From assembly GCA_963704905.1 (NCBI GenBank), contig CAVPHZ010000001.1:707438-771437 (forward strand): 64,000 nucleotides of DNA, written 5' to 3'. Shown piece after piece: positions 49,074 through 57,540 of this stretch (its first letter is position 1; each line of letters starts with the position of its first letter). Made by a program: the position numbers and the translations under genes. The notes beneath the pieces are model-generated. The model was not told where the DNA came from. It did not search any database and was given only the letters and a program-made list of their open reading frames with translations. Origin of the DNA: Candidatus Chisholmbacteria bacterium. Its GTDB lineage: Bacteria > Patescibacteriota > Microgenomatia > UBA1400 > Chisholmbacteraceae.

Positions 49074-49630
49074 TTAAATGCGTTTGGAGTTGATCCAACT
49101 GAGAAGGCATCGAAGAATTCAAATGTTTTTTCGCCGCTGCTGTAGGCATCCGCTGACGGATTGCCATAGTACATATAAATAGTAGTGTCCTCATCAATGG
49201 ATGGAACTTTTACCCAAATATCATAGTCGCTGGCTGAGCAATCGATGGTGTCGGCGGAGTTATTTTCATCTTCAATCCAGTAATCGAGAAGTTTGCCGCC
49301 TGTATCGGTGAAGCGGAGGTCGTCGCAGTCTGCTTGGAGTTTTCCGGCAGTATTTAAACCGTCGACATCGACCTCATCTAGTTCAACCTGAAAATCAGTG
49401 AGAGTTGTGGAGCCGGTGTAGGTGATAATAATGGCTTTTCTGTGTGACCAAGAATCGTTGTACCATGCAGCTGAGGCGCTATCAGAGTGATATAAACTAT
49501 ATAGTACTACTGGGATTAATATCAATAGAAGACCGAGGGATATCGGAAACAAACGTCTCCTCAAATTTTCAATTTTCAATTTTCGAATTTTCAGTGAATG
49601 GTTCATAATTTTCGAATTATCAATTATCAA
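48704..49630 (-). CDS. N-terminal part of giant gene C: signal-anchor TM + DUF2341-like module
   Basis: MIIDNSKIMNHSLKIRKLKIENLRRRLFPISLGLLLILIPVVLYSLYHS...AAWYNDSWSHRKAIIITY...DCDDLRFTDTGGKLL...IYMYYGNPSA. After about aa 190 the frame is spurious; the real continuation is 47142..49073. Confidence 0.6.
   Translation of the reverse strand: MIIDNSKIMNHSLKIRKLKIENLRRRLFPISLGLLLILIPVVLYSLYHSDSASAAWYNDSWSHRKAIIITYTGSTTLTDFQVELDEVDVDGLNTAGKLQADCDDLRFTDTGGKLLDYWIEDENNSADTIDCSASDYDIWVKVPSIDEDTTIYMYYGNPSADAYSSGEKTFEFFDAFSVGSTPNAFKWAYQEDAPSVGSGNLSLLLPTTPPTWKALPQPTHLVMPAQEITTLRLSLCEPAKITPPHSEGLGSVTPPPSLRATQLTTQPPCSSMLLPAGTMKQRQPTEEQPNPQQQRSPKTPPIISTTSP
49564..49592. repeat. heptanucleotide tandem repeat (AATTTTC)x3 plus an imperfect 4th copy in the 5' coding region of gene C
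   Basis: aattttc aattttc aattttc gaattttc on the + strand, i.e. (GAAAATT)n on the coding strand encoding ...LKIRKLKIENL. More degenerate copies extend to about 49660. Confidence 0.6.
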
Positions 49631-49660
49631 TTTTCAAACAATTATTCAATCTTCTAATTT

Positions 49661-50035
49661 TCAATCTTTATATTTTCTACTTGATTGGATAATCTTGCTA
49701 AAAATCAATAGAAGTTCCTGTCCTTCCTTCCAGAGTTTTTTAATTGTTTCCTTTTTACCTGGATTTGTTTTAGCAAGTAACCGCAGCCAGTGTTTTGTTT
49801 CTTTTATTTCCTTTTTGCAGATTGCAATTTTATGTACGAAATCTCTTTTACTTTCGGCTTCAGTGGCTTCTGCATAATTGGCACCGATAGATCCTCCTGA
49901 TCCGACAAGTTGTTCAATAATCCTTCTATTCAGAGGAGAGATACTTATTGTCTTAAGAGCGTCAATGATCTCCTCTGCGTATATTGCTGTTCGTTCCTCT
50001 AGATCGTATCGTGTTTTTTTTACTGCTTGAGTCAT
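49661..50035 (-). CDS. four-helix-bundle protein (23S rRNA intervening-sequence protein / Avd-like family)
   Basis: 124 aa with ...LVGSGGSIGANYAEATEAESKRDFVHKIAICKKEIKETKHWLRLL..., matching the four-helix-bundle family that includes DGR accessory protein Avd. Confidence 0.75.
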   Translation of the reverse strand: MTQAVKKTRYDLEERTAIYAEEIIDALKTISISPLNRRIIEQLVGSGGSIGANYAEATEAESKRDFVHKIAICKKEIKETKHWLRLLAKTNPGKKETIKKLWKEGQELLLIFSKIIQSSRKYKD

Positions 50036-50069
50036 TGAAATTTGATTGATAATTGACCATTGAACATTG

Positions 50070-53000
50070 TTAATTTTGCGACGCTGTTGCCACTACATCA
50101 ATAATCCACCAGTTGAATTTGAGGTCGGCGGTGGCTGGGACCGGGGTTTCGACCCAGAATCCCTGACCTTCGTCGATGAGCGTGACTCCCAGCACTACCT
50201 GGGTCAGGCCGGCTGGGGTGATAAAGATTTTTGAGTTTTTGGTTACCGCTGATGTCTGCACATAGATGCTGCGCTGGTTGGCCGGAAGGGTGGCGCTACC
50301 AATGGAAGGAGCCTGGACCGTCGGTTGGGCTGGCGGTTGCTGTGGCTGACTGCTACCCGTGGCTTCGGTAGTTACGGCCAGGACAGCGGACTGGGTGGCG
50401 ATGGTGAGCTTGCCGGCAACCAGGTCACCAAATCCGGCTTTGGGTGCAGTGACTTCTTTGGCGGTTATTCTGCCTTCAATACTGATATCTCCCTGCGGGG
50501 TCAGGACGATTTTGCCGTTGAAGGCATCGATGTTCCCAGCTAGCGGGAGACTTTGGAGTTTGAGGTCCTGTGCTAGGGCATTGATGCTGGTATCGATATC
50601 ATCGATCTGGAGGAAACCGACGTTTAAGGTACCGAGAATGGTCGTGTCTTCAAGCACGGCTTTTCCGAGCAGTCTGAGGTCATGATCGATCTGCAATTCA
50701 TCTCCGACTAATGCAATGCCGTCGATGTTGAGGTCTCCACCCGTTGGTGTGCCTGAGCTGGTGGCTGGCTGGGCCAGATCGAGGAACTGTTCGAAGAGCA
50801 CCAGGTTGGCTTCCAAATCTGCAATTCTTTGGTCATGTTCTGAGAGCTGACCGCTTTGGGTGGCGACTTCCGTTTGAAGTTCATCAGTAGTGGTTGCGAG
50901 ACCAGCGATATCGCTAGAATGTGTTTCGAGAATGTCTTCAATTGTCTGGATTTCATCAGTCTGATCAGTTGATTGCTGGGCGAGATTGTCGAGATCCTGC
51001 AATGCCTGGTCAAGGTTCAGTTCAATTTGTTCCTGCTGAGCGCTGATATCGCCAAAGGTGTTTATGGCGAACAAGACATCTGATTCGTGCCAGCCAGGAT
51101 TAATGAAGAGCATGATTTGGTCAATACCGCTTCCGGCAGTCCAGGATTCCATGGCTTGTCCGATGACGTGGCCGGAATCTATGGCTTTAGTCGCTTGGCC
51201 ATTTTCTGAGGATGTTAGGAAGTCACCAGCGAGGATGGATGGTGAGTCTGGGTCAACATGGACCGGTACTCGTCCGGCAAGGGCAACGAGGTAGGAGTTT
51301 TCTTCTCCGCCATCACCAAGAATAAGCCCTGGCTGGGTTGAAATGATGCCGATGACGGTTGGGTCGTATGGCTCTCGTGCTTTGTGGATTCGAACGGTTT
51401 CGTTTGGATCGATTTTAACAACATCTCCTTCTTCGAGTTCTTCGGTTGAAACGAAGTACTCAGCAAGGTCGAAGCCTGAACCGGTGTTATGGTTGTCGCT
51501 GTCGTCCATGAAGCTGATGAGGTTCCAGGTCGAGCTGTTTAAGGCGAAGGTGATGACGTCTCCATCTGCCAAGGTGATGTCGGTTGAGCCGCAGTTGATG
51601 CTGGTGGTTGGCGTGCCGTCGCACTCGATGGTGGAGTTGGCGTCATTGACCTCGACGATGATGATCTGTCCGTCGGTGCCGTCGGTGAAGTTGGTGTAGG
51701 CGGTGCCGGAGGTGTTGGCGGTTATCCAGTGGGAGCCTGCTGACACGTCCGGAGTCGCGCTATCTGCCGTGAGCGTTTGCTGAGCATCAAGTGAAAAGCC
51801 GCCTTGGACGATTGCTGTTCCTTCTGCCGAGAGATCAAAGACAATGTCGCCGGAGTTGTAGGTCTTTAAGGTTAGGTTGTTGCTTTCTGAAGCTTCGCCG
51901 ACGTCAATGGTGAAGGGTGCGTCGGTTTTGATGTTTGAACTGGTCTGATTGGTAAAGACCAAATCATAAGCCATGGAAACATCCCCGCTGGCGGTGAAGG
52001 CGTGGGGGACGGCTGAGGTGATGCCGGTTTGGCTAACAGTGAATACGTCTGATCCATTGTTATAGACGGCGAACAGGTTTCCGGTGACGGTGGCATTGCC
52101 GTTGACATCGATGACGAACAAGTCTGCATCGGTGGTGTCTGCTGATCCCGGATTCCAAGCAAACCGTCCCAAGGCTCCATTGAGTGACCCGTCTGCGAGT
52201 CCTGTAGAAGTGCTTTCGACATACATGGCATTCCCGGTTGTAAGGGCATCTACGGAAAGTTGAATCCCTTGGGCTGTTGTTAAGGCATCGGCTTGGATAT
52301 CGAGGACATCGGCGTCAATCTGGGCAGCGGTGATTTGCATAGCGATTTGGTCAGTATCGTCGGTATCAAGGAGGAAGCCTGTTACTGCGTCTGTTGAGCC
52401 AACGTCGACTTCAAAAAGTGCAGTTGTTGAGGTATTCCCAACGACCACGCCACCGTCCCCCTCGATTCTCATGCGCTCGTTCGTAGTGGCCTCCCCACCC
52501 GTAAAGAGACGGATATCGTCACCAGAACCTGCTGCAATGAGCGATAAGCCGTTGAGATTGGCGGAAGAACTGACATACCCTCGGTTCCCGTAGACGTTTG
52601 CCGTAGTAGTTGATCCTCCGACGCCGAAGCTTGCGATGTTATTTCCACCCCCATCGTTCATGGCTTGGAGGTTTGCAAAACCATTTGCGTGGGTGTTTTC
52701 TACTAAGGTTCCGATTGCTCCACCGTCGAGACTATCCCCGATATGCAGATAGGAGAGCGGAGTTGATTCATTTGTGGCTTCTGATCCGAGCTGGAAAGCT
52801 CCATATCCCGCACTAGCCTGTTTCAATGCAAATTGAAGTACGGAGCCGTTGGTATCATACCCCCTTAACCAATATGCGTTTTCGTCAGAATTGTCAGTGA
52901 ACTCGAGGTCGAGAAGGGAAGTGTTTCCGGCAAGGTCAGCGTCCGAATTATCAATCTTCATGACCGTTCCGGTGTCGAGTGTGCTTGCCAGAAAAACGTT

Positions 53001-55643
53001 ATCTTCTGCGTAGATTCCATAGTCCCAGTTAGTGCCTTGCTGGTAGATGGCGTATTCGGTAGAGGTGGTTTGTGCGGCAAGATCCTCGATGTGAAGCCCG
53101 TAGGTAGTTGATCCGGCTACTGAGGTCAGATTACTGAAATCTAGATTGAGCCCGGTGAGCGCGCCGGTTTGGGTCTCGGCTGAGTCAAAGGCGATGTCTA
53201 CTAAAGTTCCAGTCTCAAAGACATCGGCGCCGATGTCGATAGGTGTGGCTGAATCAGCACCGAAGAGGATATCGACGTTTCCAGACATATTGATTCCTGT
53301 ATCCCATCCAGATCCGATGTTGATCGCTGTTTCTGAAGCGCTGCTGCCGGCGGTTCCGTCGATGTTGATAGCATAGAGTGTTTCATCTCCAGATGGAGTG
53401 TTGACTGTGTCGAGATTGAGATGGAGGAGTGATTCAGTGACTGCGCCGGCACTGTTGCCAAATTCTCCGGCGATGTAGAGCGCGTCAACTCCATCAGTGA
53501 CAATACCGGTTGTGTTACCGGTGAGGTTGATGACTGCTGCATCGACGGTTGGGATGGTGTTGTTGGTTGTGTTTTCCAGCTCAAACTGCGTATCACCAGC
53601 GTCTCCGTATCTCAGACTCAAGTAGTCTGAGATGGATGATTTAGTGATGACTCCGCCTGAACTTGAGAATGCTCCAGCACTTCCACCACCCTGATCGGTT
53701 GAGGCATCCATGAAGGCAATGAGTTTCCAGTCTGTTCCATCGTACTGCCAGGTGGTGACGTCTCCGGTAGCCGTGACAATATCCGTTGTTCCTCCACTTA
53801 AACCTGAAGAGGTGACGTCGAAGGTGATATCTCCATTGCTTTCGATCACGACAAATTGTCCTGGAGCAAGAGAGTCCGTGCCGGCGTCAAAGTCTGTGAT
53901 GGTGAAACTGGTTGAGCCGGTGATCCAGTTGGTTCCACCTGAAATATCTGGGGTTGCGTCCGCATCTGCGAGCGTTTGCTGTGCGCCAAATCCTATACCA
54001 GCTTCCGCCAGGATTCCGATATCGAGATTTGTTCCTTGTTGATAGAGGCCATACTCAGTTGAATTTGTTTGGCTGGCCGGGTCGTTGATGTGTATGCCGT
54101 ACAGATTGTTTGTGCCATCGGGAGTAAGGTTAGTAAGGTCGATGTCTATACCGAGAATGTCACCGCCTGATTGAGATGTCGCCCCTCCCCAGTCGATGTT
54201 GAGGATGTCACCACTGGTATTGTTGATGTCTAGGTCCAATGCTGTCTGGTCAACATCGTCTTGATCAATGGTGAGGGCGATGAGGTCTGCGGTTCCGGTG
54301 TCGATTTCTACGAGACCGGCTGGAGCGATAACATCTGCACCGATTCCGAGTTGACCGGTAGTGGTGATGGTGAGGAAAGCATTGGTTCCCGGTGTAGTGC
54401 CGTCTCCGATTTGGAAGAAATCGTCGTCGTCCCCGCCAGCATCTTCATCGACACCAATCCAGAAATCGGTATCCGTGGCGGTGGCGACGTCAAAGATGAT
54501 GCTGGGGTCGGCGTCTTGAAGCATGACGTTGCCTCCCGATGTTCCTCCTGGAGTGAGGAGGATGTTTCCGTAGTTGTAGGTGTTTAGCGTGAGATTGTTA
54601 CTTTCAAAACTCTCTCCGACGTCAATGGTGAACGGTCCGTATGACTCGATTTGGCTGGCAGTTTGGTTAGTAAAGATCGCGTCATAGGAGAAGGAGACAT
54701 CTCCGGCAGCGGTAAAGGAGTGGGGGACTGCAGATTCTATCTGGGTTTGGGAAACGGTGAAGACATCTGAGCCGTTATCATAGACCGCAAACAGATTCCC
54801 CGTGACTGTTGCATTCCCATTGACATCAATCACAAACAGGTCAGCATCAGTGGTATCTGCTGATCCCGGGTTCCAGGCAAATCTTCCCAGGGCTCCATTG
54901 AGGGATCCATCTGCAAGTCCGGTTGAGGTTGATTCCACATAGAGGGCATTACCGGTGGTTAAACCATCTGCTGACATGGCAAATAAGCCTGAGGTTTGGA
55001 TGGCATCGGCAGTGATATCGATGAGGTTTTCAGTGGTCAGGGCTCCGGTCCAGTCAATGTCAAACAGACCGCCTCTGGTTCCGGCGCCATTGAGGTCGAA
55101 GGTGGCGACGGTGCCGGTGGTGTTGTTGTCATTGACCTCAATCATGCTGGCGGTACGGGCACTGGCCGTATTGCCGATGACCATGGCTTGGGAATCAACC
55201 GCAGTTGCACCCAAGTCGATGTTGATGACGTCTCCAGTTGCTGCTCCGGCGCCGACGTTGACATCGATAAGGTTGCTCGTCCAGGCTTGTGCTCCAGTGG
55301 TGATGTCGATGAGGTTTTCGTTGGTGAACGCTCCGGAGGTATCGATATCAAAGATCCCTCCTCTTGTTGATGAGCTGTCAATATCAACGGTGGCGACCGT
55401 GCCGGTGGTGTTGTTCTCGGTGATCTGTACGGCTGATTGGGTTCTGGCTCCGGCTGAGGTCGACATGACTAACCCTTGAGCGCCCGTAGCTGCGGCGCCC
55501 ATTGAAATGTTGATTGCGTCACCGGTGTCGGCAATGTTGCCGAAGTTGAGGTCAACTAAGTTTCCTGATGAAGCAGCTGGTGGAGGTGGTGATATCGATG
55601 ATATTTGAGGCAGGACCACCAGTGATATTGAAGTCCATGACAT
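50070..55643 (-). CDS. C-terminal 1857 aa of a giant repetitive T/G/D/N/A-rich beta-solenoid-like surface protein
   Basis: The first 390 aa are identical to an internal segment of 55552..63993, and its start overlaps that ORF by 92 nt through a 1-nt indel. It has repeated ...NLIDITTGAQAWTSN... and GDxINIDLGATAV units, and a C-terminal module (DLAEYFVSTEELEEGDVVKIDPNETVRIHKAREPYDPTVIGIIS...GRVPVHV) followed by a coiled coil and tail. Confidence 0.7.
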   Translation of the reverse strand: MSWTSISLVVLPQISSISPPPPAASSGNLVDLNFGNIADTGDAINISMGAAATGAQGLVMSTSAGARTQSAVQITENNTTGTVATVDIDSSSTRGGIFDIDTSGAFTNENLIDITTGAQAWTSNLIDVNVGAGAATGDVINIDLGATAVDSQAMVIGNTASARTASMIEVNDNNTTGTVATFDLNGAGTRGGLFDIDWTGALTTENLIDITADAIQTSGLFAMSADGLTTGNALYVESTSTGLADGSLNGALGRFAWNPGSADTTDADLFVIDVNGNATVTGNLFAVYDNGSDVFTVSQTQIESAVPHSFTAAGDVSFSYDAIFTNQTASQIESYGPFTIDVGESFESNNLTLNTYNYGNILLTPGGTSGGNVMLQDADPSIIFDVATATDTDFWIGVDEDAGGDDDDFFQIGDGTTPGTNAFLTITTTGQLGIGADVIAPAGLVEIDTGTADLIALTIDQDDVDQTALDLDINNTSGDILNIDWGGATSQSGGDILGIDIDLTNLTPDGTNNLYGIHINDPASQTNSTEYGLYQQGTNLDIGILAEAGIGFGAQQTLADADATPDISGGTNWITGSTSFTITDFDAGTDSLAPGQFVVIESNGDITFDVTSSGLSGGTTDIVTATGDVTTWQYDGTDWKLIAFMDASTDQGGGSAGAFSSSGGVITKSSISDYLSLRYGDAGDTQFELENTTNNTIPTVDAAVINLTGNTTGIVTDGVDALYIAGEFGNSAGAVTESLLHLNLDTVNTPSGDETLYAINIDGTAGSSASETAINIGSGWDTGINMSGNVDILFGADSATPIDIGADVFETGTLVDIAFDSAETQTGALTGLNLDFSNLTSVAGSTTYGLHIEDLAAQTTSTEYAIYQQGTNWDYGIYAEDNVFLASTLDTGTVMKIDNSDADLAGNTSLLDLEFTDNSDENAYWLRGYDTNGSVLQFALKQASAGYGAFQLGSEATNESTPLSYLHIGDSLDGGAIGTLVENTHANGFANLQAMNDGGGNNIASFGVGGSTTTANVYGNRGYVSSSANLNGLSLIAAGSGDDIRLFTGGEATTNERMRIEGDGGVVVGNTSTTALFEVDVGSTDAVTGFLLDTDDTDQIAMQITAAQIDADVLDIQADALTTAQGIQLSVDALTTGNAMYVESTSTGLADGSLNGALGRFAWNPGSADTTDADLFVIDVNGNATVTGNLFAVYNNGSDVFTVSQTGITSAVPHAFTASGDVSMAYDLVFTNQTSSNIKTDAPFTIDVGEASESNNLTLKTYNSGDIVFDLSAEGTAIVQGGFSLDAQQTLTADSATPDVSAGSHWITANTSGTAYTNFTDGTDGQIIIVEVNDANSTIECDGTPTTSINCGSTDITLADGDVITFALNSSTWNLISFMDDSDNHNTGSGFDLAEYFVSTEELEEGDVVKIDPNETVRIHKAREPYDPTVIGIISTQPGLILGDGGEENSYLVALAGRVPVHVDPDSPSILAGDFLTSSENGQATKAIDSGHVIGQAMESWTAGSGIDQIMLFINPGWHESDVLFAINTFGDISAQQEQIELNLDQALQDLDNLAQQSTDQTDEIQTIEDILETHSSDIAGLATTTDELQTEVATQSGQLSEHDQRIADLEANLVLFEQFLDLAQPATSSGTPTGGDLNIDGIALVGDELQIDHDLRLLGKAVLEDTTILGTLNVGFLQIDDIDTSINALAQDLKLQSLPLAGNIDAFNGKIVLTPQGDISIEGRITAKEVTAPKAGFGDLVAGKLTIATQSAVLAVTTEATGSSQPQQPPAQPTVQAPSIGSATLPANQRSIYVQTSAVTKNSKIFITPAGLTQVVLGVTLIDEGQGFWVETPVPATADLKFNWWIIDVVATASQN

Positions 55644-57540
55644 TGGCTGAAGCGTTTAGGGATCCGGAGGAATTAATCTGGAAGATGGCGGCATCGTCGG
55701 AGGCAGAACCGGTGCTAGCGGTGGTGATATCAATTAATGCGTCGGTTCTTGCCCCACCTGCGTCAGCGACAACAAAGGCGCCACCGGCGAGGTTGCTTGA
55801 ACCCATGCTGATATTGTGAATGTCTCCGGTTGAAGCAGCGGCGCCGACATTGACGTCAAATATGTTTCCAGTCCAAGCTTGGGCGCCGGTGGTGATGTCG
55901 AATATATTTCCGGTCCAGGCTGCAGAAGTGTCGATGTCCATGAGCCAGCCGGCAGTGTTGGAGATGGCTGCGTTACTGACAACAAAGTTTTGCAGGGCTA
56001 CGGCGTTGGCCGGTACAGCGACGTTGAAGATGTCTCCGGTTTGAGCGGCGTTCCCAGGATTGATGTCAATGTAGTTCCCGGTTGCGGCTTGGGCTCCCGA
56101 GGTGATATCGATGACGTTTGAAGCAAAGGTTCCCGTGGTGTTGATGTCATAGATGTTGGCAAGTGAATTCAGGTTTCCTGATGCATTGATTTGGAAAATC
56201 GCTGCGTTGTCAGAGGCGGAACCGGTACTGGCGGTGGTGATGTCGATGATGGCGTCAGTTCTGGCGCCGCCGGCAGCTGAGACGACGAAGGCTCCTCCAG
56301 CGAGGTTGTTGGTTCCCATGTTGACGTTTAGAGCATCACCGGTTGAGGCTGCGGCTCCGACGTTGATATCAATGAGGTTACTGGTCCAGGCTTGAGCTCC
56401 GGTGGTAATATCGATTAAGTGCTCGGTTCCGAAAGCTCCGGTGGTGTCGATGTCAAAGAGACTTCCTCTTGTGCCACCAATGTTAAAGTCAAATGTGGGT
56501 ACTGTGCCGCTAGTATTATTGTCGTTAATCTCGACCATGCTGGCTGTTCTGATGCTTGAGGAGTTGCTAATGACCAAGGCTTGGGCGTTGACTGCGGTTG
56601 CACCTAGGTCAAGGTTGATGAGGTCTCCGGTAGCCGCAACAGCACCGATGTTCAGATCGAGAAGATTGGATGTGAAGGCTGCGGAGGCGGTGATATCAAT
56701 TAGATGTTCGGTTCCCAAGGCTCCAGTTAGGTTGGCGTCTAGGAGCCCTCCTCTGGTTTCAGCAGAATCCCATTGAATGGTGGGGACGGTTCCGGTGGTG
56801 TTGTTTTCATTGATGTCTATGAGGGCTGTGGTTCTTACCCCTGAAACACTGGTCAAATCAAGGGCCTCACCGGCGACTGCGGAAGAGATCGCTGCTCCGG
56901 TGTCCCATCCGGAGCCGATATTGATGGCTGTTTCACTGGCTCCGGTTCCGGTAATACCATCCAGATTTATTCCATAGAACAAGTCCCCAGATCCGCCTCC
57001 AGCGATAGGGTCAAAGTTCACATGAAGTCCTGAGATTGTTCCATCCGCGACGATATTTCCAGCCTCCATGATAAGGTACAACCCATCAACTCCATCGGTA
57101 ACGATTCCAGTGTTGGTTGCGCCAGAAGAGAGATCAATAGAAATTGCATCGGCGGTGGGAATGACTTGGTTGGTTGAGCTGTCGATTTCAAACTGAATAT
57201 CTGCTGCATCACCATATTGGAGCCGGAGTCTATCAGCAGCGGTGAATTTATCAATGATGCCTCCACTGGTGGTAAATGGCTGACTGGCCCCGGTGGCCCA
57301 GCCGCAGTTGGTGAGGGCCGGATCACAGAGCAGATCATCTCCCCAGTACAAGGATCCGGTGGCCTGTCCCGGTCCGGTACCGAAGTTGATGACGTTGTTG
57401 GCAGAGGCATCCACATTCAAGCCAATGGTGGTGCCATTGACCGAGAGTCCGGTATTGAACAGGGCATCGTCTTCCACATAGAGGCCATAGTCCCAACCGG
57501 TGCCAGCCTGATAGATACCATATTCATCGCCGTCTTTTGC
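54450..57540. repeat. segmental duplication copy 1 (about 3.1 kb) within the giant gene
   Basis: Near-identical to 57950..60740 (offset 3502 bp, then 3198 bp after a 304-bp indel); e.g. ORF 54996..55370 = 58498..58872 and 57018..57416 = 60216..60614. Confidence 0.7.
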
